Source of the DNA: Octopus vulgaris
Lineage: Eukaryota
Direction: 5' to 3'
Assembly: GCA_951406725.2 (NCBI GenBank)
Contig: OX597816.1
Span: 167,524,001-167,588,000 of the forward strand
Length of the DNA stretch: 64,000 bases
In this document: positions 11,951-25,553 of the stretch, one piece after another
Numbering within the stretch: the stretch's first letter is position 1
Layout: the number at the start of each line of letters is the position of its first letter
Notes under the pieces: generated by a model
The model's database searches: none
What the model was told of the DNA's origin: nothing
What the model saw: only the letters and a program-made list of their open reading frames with translations
Made by a program: the position numbers and the translations under genes

Positions 11951-13694
11951 GTCTGTGTATATAAACAACCATTTTTTTCAGATGCAGAAAATGTTTCCTC
12001 TGAATAAAGGTGAGATTTTCAGCTCAGAGAGATGAAATAAAATTTGATGGTAAAATATTCAGAGTCCAGACTTTGTTGCTTGTTGACGCTGTCCGTTCTA
12101 TCAAAATTCTTGCAAAAAGATGAAAAATTACCAAGAAAATTTCAATGTCATGATGTAATTCTATTCTTTTACTTGTTTCCCTCAGTAGACTGTGGCCATG
12201 CTGGGGCACCGCTTGCAAGGATTTTAGTCAAACGAATCTGCTCCAGTACCTGGTTTTTCAGCTTGGTACTTATTGTATTGGTTTGCTTTTGCTAAACTAC
12301 TAACTTACAGGGAGTCACTAACACCATTTACCAGCGAGTGGCTGTGTGGTAAGTAGCTTGCTTACCAACCCCATGGTTCTGGGTTCTGTCCCACGGTGTG
12401 GCACTGTCTTCTACTATAGCATTGGGCCGACCTAAGCCTTGTGAGTAGATTTGGTAAACGGAAACTGAAAGAAGCCCGTCATATATATATGTGTGTGTGT
12501 GTGTGTATTTGTGTGTCTGTGTTTGTCTCCCCCGCAAACATTGCTGTTGTGTGTGTGTGTGTTTTGGGTGTGAGTCTGTGTTTGTCCCCCAGTGCTGCTT
12601 AACAAGTGGTGTTGGTGTGTTTACATCCTGTAACTTAGCAGTTTGGCAAAAGAGACCAATAGAATAAGTAACGGGGGTTAATTCATTCAACTATAGAAAA
12701 TCTGCCTCAGCAGAAGATATTTGCCCAAGGTGTCACACAGTGGGACTGAACTTAAAACAGCACGGTTGGGAAGCTACTACCACCCAGCCATACCTACACC
12801 TTTCTTACATTGGAAGCTAAACTTGTATTATTTCTGTTAATTCAATAAGTAAATAAACAAAACAAAAAAAAAAAACAACACAACCTACCAAAAGAAAAAC
12901 AAAAAAAGGCCCATTATAAAAGCCATATCAGAATTCTCAAGAATACTCTTATAATTGGTCATAACATTCTCAACAGAACCAGTCACAAAGACTCTGTTGT
13001 TGAACCATTTCTTGTGAATGAGAGCTCTTTAGAATAAAAGCAAAGTTCTGAGTTAATGTATTCTAATTGAAGTCAAAGATCTCTGGAGCCATTCTTTGAC
13101 TCAACTTCATAATTTTGGTAAGGCATTCCTTGAATATTCTGTTGAAATATTCCTTTGTTTTAATCTACCTTATTTTTTTTACTTTCTTTCACATTCTTTC
13201 ATCAGTTATTTTTTTCTGCATTGTGTGTTGGCACCAATCCCTTTAATTTCATCTTCTTTATCACCAAGAATCTTTATTTGGTCTAATTCTTCCATATTTT
13301 TGGAACATTGATGGAAATACTCATAGAGTTACGTTTATGAAATGATTTACATAAAAATTTTCTTCCCACACCTTTACATTTTATCTGACTCATTTTACTT
13401 TGAATATAAATATTTAACATCATCATCATCATCATCATCATCATCGTCATCATTTAATGTCCATTTTTCATGCTGGCATGGGATGGACAGTTTGATGGGA
13501 GCTGGAGAGCTGCACCAGGCTCCATTTGTCTGTTTTGGCATGGTCTCTACAGATGGATACCTTTCCTGATGCCAGCAAGCTTGTAGAGTGTCCTGCATGT
13601 TTTTTACACCACACCAAAACCAGTACTTTAATCATGACAGCAGCAAAGGTGCCTTTATATGGAAGTGACATGGGTGCTTTGTATGTGACATCAT

Positions 13695-14400
13695 CATCTG
13701 TACTTTCACACAGTCATACCTGTACCTCCACACAACCACACCTATGCCTTCACACAGTCACATCTGTGCCTTCACACAGTCATACTTGTGCCTCCACACA
13801 GCCATACCTGTGCCTTCACACAGCCACATCTGTGCCTTCACACAGACATACCTGTACTCCAGACAGCCACACTTGTGCTCCTACACAGCCATACCTGTGC
13901 TTCCACTCAGTCATACCTGTGCCTTCACACAGCCACACCTATGCCTTCACACAACCACATCTGTGCCTTCACACAGTCATACTTGTGCCTCCACACAGCT
14001 GTACTCCAGACAGCCACACTTGTTCTCCTACACAGCCATACCTGTGCTTCCACTCAGTCATACCTGTGCCTTCACACAGCCACACCTATGCCTTCACACA
14101 ACCACATCTGTGCCTTCACACAGTCATACTTGTGCCTCCACACAGCCACACCTGTGCTTCCACACAATCACACCTGTGCCTTCACACACTGATACCTGTG
14201 CCTCCACACAGTCACACCTGTACCTCCAAGCAGTCACACCTGTGCCTTCACACAGCCATATCTCTACCTTCACACAGTCATACCACTGCCTCCACACAGC
14301 CACACCTGTACTTCCACACAGTCATACCTGTGCCTCTACACAGCCATACCTGTGCTTCCACACAGTCACACCTGTGCTTCCACACAGCCACACCTGTGTC
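13695..14400. repeat. About 22-bp minisatellite (roughly 30 units) with a 147-bp higher-order duplication
   Basis: Unit ccacacag(t/c)ca(t/c)acctgtgcct. The block starting at 13853 is repeated at 14000. It explains the 315-aa and 219-aa ORFs. Confidence 0.95.
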
Positions 14401-14911
14401 TGATGGTGATTTATTCCATATAGATTTTTTATCAAATAAAAGGAAAGCAATCCAAGCCATTACTCGTGAGTAATGACCAACCATTACCTACCATGCTTTC
14501 CCTGACTGCTTGATGTGCCTATGTAGCCACAAACAGAGGGGCCTAGACATCATCTCAGCCCTCACTTCTGCTCTTAACCTGGCAGAATATCAGGGATGTA
14601 ACAGTGATGGGAGAGAAGGATACATTGGCACTCGGTTGATGTTCATTACAGCTGAAGAAACTTGGGTCTACATGACATGAAGTCTCTTGCTCAAGGGTAT
14701 AACATGCTATCTGGTCTGAGAATTGAACCCATCACCTTATGATTATGAACTCAAGTCCTCAACCTCTAGGCCATGAGGGGAAGAATAACTGGGACGCTAC
14801 AATTTGGGGTTTGTAACAAGAGTAATGGAGTTTTTGTCTTTTTTTGCATGAAATGTTTATTAAATCATGTTATAGGACCTGGAGTCATCACCATCCTCCT
14901 CCTCCTCCTCC

Positions 14912-14948
<37 letters not shown>

Positions 14949-15239
14949 TGTCATCATCGTCGTTGTCGTTATCATTATCGTCATTGTCTTGATCATGATC
15001 ACAACCAACATTGTCATCATCATCATCATCGTCATCATCACTGTTTTAATCTCTACTTGCCTGCATGGATCAGACTGAGTTTATTGAAGCAGATTTTCTA
15101 CAGCTGGATGCCCTTCCTCTCACCAACCTTCACCTGTTTCCAACTAAGAGAAATATTTTCCTATGACCAGAAATATTGGAAATGAATGACATTCATTTGC
15201 AGCAATCACATGATGTTAAGAAAAGTGACATACATACTC

Positions 15240-15590
15240 TCACTGAACGTGGCCGATGCCAGTTCCAGTGGCACATTAAAAAGCACCATTCTACCATGGT
15301 CAATGCCAGTGCCGCCTGACTGGCTCCCATGCTGGTGGTATGTAAAAAGCACCATTCTAGCATGGTCGATGCCTGTGCCATCTGACTGGACCCCATGCTG
15401 GTGGCATGTAAAATGCGCCCACTACACTTATGGAGTGGTTGGCATTAGGAAGGGCATCCAGTTGTAGAAACCTTGCCAGATAATATTGGAGCCTGGTGCA
15501 GCCTCCTGGCTTGCCAGTCCTCAGTCAAACCGTCCAACCCATACCAGCATGGAAAGTGAACGTTTAAACAATGATGATGATGATGATGAC
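15240..15590 (+). mobile_element. RTE 3' UTR, plus orientation, with (GAT)n tail
   Basis: ggcattaggaagggcatccagttgtagaaacc...gatgatgat. Confidence 0.85.
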
Positions 15591-16620
15591 ACAGAGGGCT
15601 TCTTTCAGTTTCTGTCTACCAAATCTGAAAGGCATTAGTTGACCCAGGGCTATAGTAGAAGACATTTAGCCAAGGAGTTGTGTAGTGAGAATGAACCTGA
15701 AACCACATGTTTGGGAAGCAAACTTCTTAACCACACAGCCATGTCTGTGCCTTGCTGAAGCTGAGTAGAATAGTGAAGTACAATGGAGTACAGTAGAGTA
15801 CAGTGGAGTACAGTGTAGCATAGCAAGTTAAGAGCAAGATCTTCAAGACCTCATTGCAACACTCCAATATTTCTGTATTGACTTCTTAAATTGTCAAGAA
15901 ATTTAGTACCTCTTCTGCTTTCCCTAATCTCTTCCTCTTCTTTTTCCATAGTCCATGGCACCAGTGCCATCAAATTCCTTGTGGTTATTGAAACTATGCC
16001 CAAAATTCTTAGTTCCTCCTTCAGATCACCCCCAAAATACTCCAGGCTTGATATAAAACTCAAATAGGAATACAGCTCTTACAAGTAAGAAATCACTCTC
16101 ATGCTCATTCTCATTCTAAGACATGTTCCAAGGAATCTGCACACATCTCTTTGGTCAACTGTCTTTTATAATCAATCAACAAGGAATCCAGGAATGATAT
16201 CTTCTTTTCTAAGTTGGAAGGCATGTGAGCCGAAGATTTCACTGCTATTTCTAGCAGGTTAAGTGACTTCATAAAGGCTTATTCTTTGGTTCATACTACA
16301 AATGTTAACTTAGGGTGTGGCTTCAGACCTGCTGCAGATTTATCAAATTTTACAATTCAGTGAACAAAACATATATTTCCAGATGTGAGAATTGGCAACC
16401 AAACCTGCCAATGTTACCACTGATATGCAGATGGAATCTTTATCTAAATCTGTCTCTTAGAAATGGAATATTGTGGAAATGAGGTGAAACATGTGACATA
16501 AACCCTTTGAAGACAAGACAATACTCTAGAGACTATAAAATACACCAACAGACTCATACTGTTTCTTGTTGAGCTGCACTTACATAAAACAGATATAGAA
16601 CACACACACACACATGCATA

Positions 16621-17015
16621 TATTGGGTCATCCCATAAATAATGCAGTTTTTTCAATTACATGAACTAAAACTCGAAGGGGCATGGGATAAACTACTTGC
16701 ATACTGTTGCTATAAAAGCAAGTAGTAATTTTACTTTGTGTTTATTCTTTGTGCAAGTTTTCAAGAGTGCAGTTTGATTTTAACAGTTATTTTTTCAAAG
16801 CTATAATAAAAGTGTCAAAGGAGCATATTTGGCATATTTTGCTTTATGAGTTCAATAAAGGCAACAATGCAATGGAAAATGTGAGGAATATTACTGCAGT
16901 ATATGGGGATCAAACAATAAATGTAAGCCAGTGTCAATGGTGGTTTTAGAAATTCTGAGCCGGAAACTACAGCCTAGAAGATGAGCCTCGTCCTGGAAGA
17001 TCTATAGAACTCAAC
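16621..17015 (+). mobile_element. Mariner transposon 5' end (TIR plus N-terminal transposase relic)
   Basis: tattgggtcatcccataaat TIR-like start. KEHIWHILLYEFNKGNNA...VYGDQTINVSQCQWWF*KF*AGNYSLEDEPRPGRS is the mariner HTH region with stops. Confidence 0.9.
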
Positions 17016-17049
17016 GAATAAAAGGTGTACTACAACTCATGAAAGGTGC

Positions 17050-17500
17050 ATGTACAATACATAGAATTATGTACAAAAGTTAGGCAAGTGAACAGTGTAA
17101 GAGTCATGATATACATGTGTACGTGCATATGGAGTAGGGGGATATCAGGTGTAGTGTTGGTGAATTTCAGGAAGCATGGAGGTTTTAAAGGACGCAATGT
17201 CTCGGCAACTAACAACTGATGCAGGTAGTTTGTTCCCTGCTTCAGCGATGCTGAGTGTGAGAAAGTGTTTCTGAAAGTCATGGGAGTTGTGCTGTTTTCT
17301 GACTTTGTAAGCATGCCCACATGTGTTAGACACATGGAGCTCAAAAAGGTGCTCATGGTGGTTGTTGGCACGATGGTTAATAATTTTGTAGTTTTTTACC
17401 AAGTCAGTTGCCAAACGCTGGAGCTTCAATGTATCCATGCCCAAGGAAGCAAGGCGTTCATATGCCACAGGATCTGGGAAACCAGCCCCATGTGTCTAGA
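17050..17500 (-). mobile_element. CR1/L2-group LINE 3' end
   Basis: YERLASLGMDTLKLQRLATDLVKNYKII...TCGHAYK...KHFLTLSIAEAGNKLPASVV...SFK is a typical CR1-like ORF2 C-terminus. Confidence 0.85.
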
Positions 17501-18214
17501 TGACTCATGAAGCATCTTTTTCCATTTTTTAAAATTCTAACTCCACTTTTTCAATCTGTTTCTAATTATATTTATCAATCACTGTTTATCAAATTGCTAA
17601 GTTACCTGTTGCTATAAAAGGACACAACTTGTTTTGCCTCATGTCTTGTATGACCAAACAGATCAACGGTTGGAGACATTCCACCCATGACTATCCTTTT
17701 CATCAGACAATGTGTACCTTGAACTACAACATCTCATATATCATTCACTTTATAAAAAGGCTGGTTTAAGAGAGAGATCTGGTTGCCATTTCTAGCAGAT
17801 CATGCAACCACATAAAGGTTTCTTTCATGTTGTTGTTGTTGATGGTGGTGGTGTGGAGTTGATGAAGGTGTTGTTAGGAGTGAGGGTGGATGCAATGTTA
17901 ACAGGGTAGTGATGGGGTATGTATATGATAAGGGTGTTTGATGGGCTGTGGGTGGTGGTAATGGTGATGTTGACAACAGTGAGTGTTAATGAGGGTTAAT
18001 TAATGGATGGATGTGGGTGGAGATAATCAGGCCATGGTCAGTGATGATGATGATGATGATGATGACGATGACTTTGATGATGTTGATTATGATGATGATG
18101 ATGATGTTGATGGCTGTGGTGGTAGTGGAGATGGTAGGGAAGGAGATAGGGAAATAAATGAATAAAAAGCCTGGTCCCACTGAAATAAAACACTGGGAGA
18201 TGTGTATCTCACTC

Positions 18215-18590
18215 ACACCACCACCACCACCACATCACCACCATCACCATCACCACCATCACAACCACCACTGCCATCATCACAATTACCATCACCACCC
18301 CACCCCCACCATCACCACCGCCGACGCTCCCACCACAGCCACCACTACTATCATCATCACCACCACCACCATCACCACCATCATCTACACCACCATCACC
18401 GCCATCACCACCACCACCACAACCACCACCACCACTGCCACCGCCGCCACCACCACCACCACCACCACCACCACCACCACCACCACCATCATCATCACCA
18501 CCACCACCACCATCACCACCACCGTCACTACTGCCATCGCTGTCATCACTGCCGCCACCACCCACACCTCTAACTCCCCCCCCCCCCCCG
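18215..18590. repeat. (CAC/CAT)n trinucleotide block
   Basis: Directly visible. Gives poly-H/T/G ORFs. Confidence 0.95.
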
Positions 18591-18703
18591 TGCCTCTACT
18601 AAAAAAGTCTTCCGAGAGTCAACCCTCAACAGATGTCTACAGAAAGATAAACTATTACAACAGGTTTAGTGTTTCAGTTCCAGACTCTTGTCAGAGAGTC
18701 TGA

Positions 18704-18754
<51 letters not shown>

Positions 18755-20021
18755 ATGTGTGTGTATATGTGTGTGTGTGTTTTTATGCACACATGCACAC
18801 ATATACAGGCACACACATATACAGGCACACACAGGCACACACACACATGTGCACATACTCATATACATAATATAAGGAGTAGGTAGACTTATATAAGATT
18901 GATTTTTAGAAATGGTATTTACAGGTACATATGTACACACATGCTCATACACATACAAACACACACGCACACACACACACATACACACATATATGTGCTT
19001 TCTCTCACACACACACATATACTTGCACAAACACACACACATACACACAAGTACACACACAAGCACATGCACACCCAAACACAAATACACACACACACAC
19101 ACACACATGCTCTCTCTCACACACACACATATATATGCTTGCATGCACACACACACACATGCTTTCTGTCACACACACATACATACTTGAACGCGCACAC
19201 ACACACACACATACACACACACACACACACACATGCTTTCTGTCACACACACATACATACTTGAACGCGCGCACACACACACACACATACACACACACAC
19301 ACACACATACACATGCATGTTAATGATACACTCCAGGCTTTTTAATTGCAAAAGCTTGTTCAGGTGGTAAACTGAAGAATCTTTTTTTAAGCTTTACACA
19401 AATATCTGTGAGTGTGTGTGTATGTTTGTGTGTGTGCACATGTGCATGTGTGTGTGCATGTGTGTGTGCATGTGTGTGTGCATGTGTGTGTGCATGTGTG
19501 TGTGCATGTGTGTGTGCACACATGCATATGCATATGTGTGTGTGTGTGTGTGTACATGTGCATGCATGCATGCGTGTGTCTAACATAAAGGAATAGAGAT
19601 TTGGAATCTGGGCAGGTACCTTATTAGCTAACTGATATAATCCAAGTGTGGCTAACCACGTTGAACATTCAGAATTGTTTAAGATAAAGCAATTTAATGA
19701 TGCTTCTCTCGATAGGTAAACAATGAGTTCATTTCACTGGATTTCATTATAAAGGAAAATGGAGATTTACACACCTTCAAAATTTATTTATTAGAGGTCA
19801 ATTTCCAATCCAACACGTTTTTCTGCTGGATAAATGTCCAAGTATTCCTTGATGTAGCAGTTATGTTCATGTAGTTGATTTCTATTAAATCAATTACAAT
19901 ACCTGTTCATCCAATGGTTGATATTCTTACACACCTTTGTTCAATATGTTACCCATACAGGTGGGTGAATCATGTTACAAGTTATGAAGCACATTTCACT
20001 TCATCCACTTCCAGTTTCTAT

Positions 20022-20068
<47 letters not shown>

Positions 20069-20402
20069 TGTCATCATTTAATGCCAGTTGTCCATGCTGG
20101 CATGGGTTGGACTGTTTGACCAGCGCTGGTAAGCTGGAAGGCTGCATCAGACTCCAGTCTGATTTAGCATGATTTTCTATGGCTGGATGCCCTTCCTAAT
20201 GCCAACCAATCTGAGAGTATTATGGGTGCTTTTACGTGCCACCGACATGGGTGGCATTTGTGTGGCCCTGATATCTGCCATGACTGTGATTTTGCTCGGG
20301 TTCATGGGTCTTCTTCTCAAGCACAACATAATGCCAAAGGTCTCAGTCATTGCCTCCGTGAGGCCCAACGCCCGAAAGGAAGTCAGCCACTTTGCCTCCA
20401 TG
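20022..20402 (-). mobile_element. RTE 3' end with short ORF tail
   Basis: LGLTEAMTETFG remnant plus UTR plus GAT tail. Confidence 0.85.
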
Positions 20403-20710
20403 AGAACCCAAATTATAAATTCATATTCGTACTAATAAAAAATTGGTGCATTTAGTCTTGTGAGTGAATGCCCAAGTGACAATTTGGACGAGCTGAGGTT
20501 TGCAGAAAAAGAAATCAACCAACTAACTCACACATTACAAATGCAATCTGTAAGTAGAACAGTTAAAATATGTGAGACTTTTCCCAAGTTTAGAATGTGA
20601 CATTTTTTTTGTTATCTACATTTCAACAATGGAGCTTCGTGTCTTTGTTAGAAACTGGCTCCTTCCTCAGAGGAAGAATTCAAATAATTAAAAACAGAAG
20701 AGAACATACA
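20403..20710 (+). mobile_element. REL-type non-LTR retrotransposon extreme 3' end ending in (ACAT)n
   Basis: NYKFIFV..IGAF...NLDELRFAEKEINQLTHTLQMQSVSRTVKICETFPKFRM*. The 3' UTR resembles 42220-42325 (minus). Confidence 0.6.
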
Positions 20711-21552
20711 TATATGTATACATATATACATATACATATTCATCCATTTGAGCGTGATTGTTACCTGCGTCGCCTTACTAGCAATGTGCTGGTGGCACGT
20801 GAAAAAAACATTTGAGCGAGATCGTTGCCAGTACTGCAGGACTGGCTCCTGTGCAGGTGGCACATAAAAAGCACCATTTGAGTGTGACTGTTGCCAGTAC
20901 AACCTAACTGGCCCTCATGCCAGTAGCATATAAAATCACCCACTACACTCTCGGAGTGGTTAGCATTAGAAAGGGCATCCAGCTGTAGAAACTCTGCCAG
21001 ATCAGATTGGAGTCTGGTTCGCCAGACCTCAGTCAAATTGTCCAACCCATGCCAGCATGGAAAGCGGACATTTAACGATGATGATGATGATGATGATCCA
21101 TACATATAAACACACACGCATGCACATACGTACACACACACACACATAGTTCTGTTAAGAACGTAGTAGAATGCAGCATAAAGCTCGTCCACATTCAGAT
21201 TTCACCCTGTGCTATCCATTGATAGTATTATACATAGTTCCAGGTTTGCATTTGGGCATCTGTTGGGTGTAAACAGATAACTGAAAAAATTGGAATCAGC
21301 GAGAAGGGGTACAGTTGGACATTTATCTTTTGAATCACTACAATTGTTTCCATACAATGCAAGTCTCCACGTGTGCAGGTACTTGTTCATACAGCTGTTT
21401 CTCTGCATTATGAGATCTAGTTGTGTTTCCTCAGGCGATATGTGAATATTGTCTTGGTAAGTTTAAAATTCTCGGCTTCTAGAACATCCGATCTGTCTGT
21501 CATGGCCTGAATATATACGTATGTGTGTGTGTGTATGTGTGTGTGTGTGTAT

Positions 21553-22420
21553 AGAAGGTGTGGTGAATATATTGTCGTCTAAATTATGCAAAAATGAAAA
21601 TAATACTGACATTTCATTTTATCAGATACATTTACCAAAATTGCATAAAAATATCTTGAAATACTAACGAGTAAATTTATTCGATAAAATTGCCATTGGC
21701 TTCATCTATGGCCTCCAGACAACTTTGGAATCTCCTTTGACTCTTCTGGACAGACTCCTTGTTTAAGTTGGTGAATGGTGCCATAATCCTTGCCTTCAGT
21801 TCATCTTTGGTGTTACAAGGAGTTTTGTTGGTCTCTCGCTCAACTATGCCCCACATATAATAATCAAGGAGGTAGAAGTCTGGGGAGTTAGGTTGCCAGA
21901 TGTTAGGTGCAATGTGGTCGCTGAAATTGTCTGACAATCATGACTGAGTTCTCCTGCTTGTGTGGCATGATGCAGAGGCCTGTTGATTTTTTTATTCTCC
22001 ACAAGGGGACAACATAGAAATGAATGAGAAGAGCCAGATAAAGAAGTGCCAGACATAGGCTCTTCCAGCAGCTGCTCTCTTGACCCAGAGCAACACTACC
22101 ACCTCCAGGCACTTGATGTAGGTCTCCATGTTGTGTGTGAGGCTGTGTAGGAAGATGAATGGAGGCATAACATCACCATCACTAGTGATCACTCCAAACA
22201 CCATGATGCTGACTGGATGTTTGATTTTTATCATTCTCAGTACATGTTTTGGGGACACAGCAAGCCAACGGTTGTTCTGTGTTTTCACCATCTGTTTGTA
22301 TTGGAACTTCTGGCATGAATTCCAAGCAGTACAGCATGTCATTTCCAAATTTCTGGCAGAGTGAATTGTGTCATGGTGCTGTTTTTCTCACAAACGGTGC
22401 CCAACTGACCCTACTATACT
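21553..22420 (-). mobile_element. Tc1/mariner superfamily (maT-like) transposase relic
   Basis: KHPVSIMVFGVITSDG...GRAYVW...IWQPNSPDFYLLDYYMWGIVE...NTKDELKARI...ANGNFIE, with frameshifts. Confidence 0.9.
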
Positions 22421-22534
22421 GTGTAGTCAACAAAATCAAAAGCAAACAATTTCATGCATGAAATTAAATATATAAAATGGTGACAATTTACACATAACAC
22501 TCTGCATGTGTGTATGTATATATTTATATATATA

Positions 22535-22575
<41 letters not shown>

Positions 22576-23459
22576 ATGCGGATGCATGTGTATGTGTGTG
22601 CATGTGCAAATGTATCTGTTTGCATTCTTGTCTTGACATAGCATGACAGTTGTAAATGAGTTTCACTGTTATACAAGCAGTGTCATTCATTTCCAGTTTT
22701 CTGTAAAACATGTTTGGCCATGGGGAAATATCTTGTTGCTTGGAAACAGTGACTGCTTGTGACAGGATGGGCATCTGGCCATAGAAAATCTGTATCAACA
22801 AATGACCTTTAAACCAATGATAATGAAGGTAGGATGACTTTTGAGGGATTTTGTGGTTATTTCTAGTGGATCAAATGACCATATAGGAATTTTGTCATTG
22901 GCTCAACGATACATATGAATTCAAGATTGAGGCTCCTTACCACTGCTGCTGCTATTGTTGTTGTTGTTGTTGTTGTTGTTAGGCTGTAATCAAATAGACT
23001 TCCAGCTGTGACCATCCCATATATTCAGGACTACACTGTCCAATCTATCCTTTTGATTAAGAGAAAAGTCTAAGACTCCAACAAGATTTTGGTTGGTATT
23101 TCTAGCAGACCCAACGACCACATAGCAGAGCCCCTGTCCCACACCGACCCCATTATTGACTTGTATAGTCTTGTGTCAATGAGTGGAGATTTTCCATTCT
23201 CACACGGTTCTCACTCCTCAAAGACGTTTAGAAATTTAAACATGCTGTGTTTGCGGTCATTGCCAGTTCATAGTCGTGTATGTCAGACTTTTGTGAAATC
23301 CATTAGAATCGCCAATAATTCTACAGACAACAACCAACCACACAATCTCAAAAGTCTGTGAGAGAATTAGCAGATGTTACCAAACAGAGAAACTATTAAG
23401 GAATTGCAGAAGCAGCAACTATTGGATTCCATTCTCTCATTTCTTGATACCCAGATCGC

Positions 23460-23890
<431 letters not shown>

Positions 23891-24055
23891 TTTGATGTTA
23901 CTGTAACCTTTTCTAAATCACTCATTTCCATTATTCTGCACTCATTGTTTTCTTTTGTTCACTCACCCATATGTGTATGTGGGTGTGTAAACTGACATTA
24001 AATAGGGATTATGTGTGTGTGTGTGTATGTGTTCAGTTATATGTGTATGTGCATA

Positions 24056-24086
<31 letters not shown>

Positions 24087-24278
24087 ATACATGCACGCAC
24101 ACACACGTATACATGCCTGCACATTGTCTTGTAAAAGGGAACTGACATATATATATATATATATATACATACACACATATATATATATATATACATACAT
24201 ACACACACACATATATATATATACATATATCATCATCATCATCATATATGTGTGTGTGTGTATATATGTATATATATG

Positions 24279-24344
<66 letters not shown>

Positions 24345-24413
24345 CACATATATACATATATATATATACATATAATATATATATACCTATATATATGTGT
24401 GTGTGTATGTATG

Positions 24414-24470
<57 letters not shown>

Positions 24471-25332
24471 ATGTATATATACATATATATATATGAATTG
24501 TTACTTCTCCAATCAAGTAGTTTTATGGAAGAAAGAAATGAAGTTGAAAATGCACAGAGAGTGAATAAGAAGATTTATTAATGTTAATACACTTCACTGG
24601 TTTCACATTTGTATGATTTTCCAAAAAGTGTAAGTTTTGAAGAACAGTGGATTGTGTCACAAATACTGTAGTTTCTGGCCAATAAATTCACCCAATGAGT
24701 ATGAAATAACCTTTGTGATTTATTTTATATTTGATTTCCTAATATTCTAAACCTCCTTAACCCTTTTGAGACATCCGGGCCAATTGATCAGCCCAAGTGA
24801 TTCAGGCTGAATGGATTTTGAGGTTGATCCATCAGCCCGATGAAACAAATGTTGTGAATGGTTGGCTTTGAAGTGTAATAACCAATCAGAGATAGTCTTT
24901 CAGTACATATAGATTTTTTGTGTTTCCTCAGAAACATTTATATTTATTATTGTATTTATTTATGTCTTGTGTTGTTTTAGGTTTTCATATTGTGATAAAT
25001 GTATTGTACTGTTTATAAGCTTTCATAATTTATATAATATTGCATAGTAATAGACTAGTTTTAGATACACATTATCTTTCGTTTCCTACATGCGTTGGGC
25101 CTTATGGAGGCAATGACTGAGACCTTTGGCATTATGTTGTGCTTGAGAAGAAGACCCATCAAGCTGAGCAGAATCGTAGTTGTGGCAGATACTGGTGTCA
25201 CACAAATGGCACCCATGTCGGTGGCATGCAAAAGCACCCGTTACACACTCAGTGGTTGGCGTTAGGAAGGGCATCCAGCTGTAGAAAACCATGCCGTCTG
25301 GTGCAGTGTTCCAGCTTCCAAGCCCTGGTTAA

Positions 25333-25553
25333 CCCTTTCGTTACCAACCCGGCTGGAACCGGCTCTGGCTCTGTAGTACAAATGTCTTGTTTTCATAAGT
25401 TCTGAATTAAAATCTTCCACCGAACCTTAGTCACAATTAATGTTCCTAACACTAACTTAATGATAATGAAGTTATTTTACTAAATTCTTTGTTATATTTA
25501 AAATAGTTGAAAGAAACACAGAGCATCTCAAAATAGATACGGTAAAAAAAGGG
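25333..25553. mobile_element. TTAA-specific (piggyBac-like) MITE, 221 bp, nested in an RTE 3' end
   Basis: TTAA at 25329-25332 and 25554-25557. Termini ccctttcgttacc / ggtaaaaaaaggg. RTE sequence resumes on both sides. Confidence 0.85.

Noticed and set aside
11982-12009. Plus-strand micro-exon candidate (also 21435-21456 and 41088-41101)
   Set aside because: Short AG...GT matches are expected by chance, and no coherent plus-strand gene could be built.
13526-14473. 315-aa His/Thr/Cys-rich ORF
   Set aside because: Produced by a 22-bp minisatellite. Several frames are open and there is no splice or homology support.
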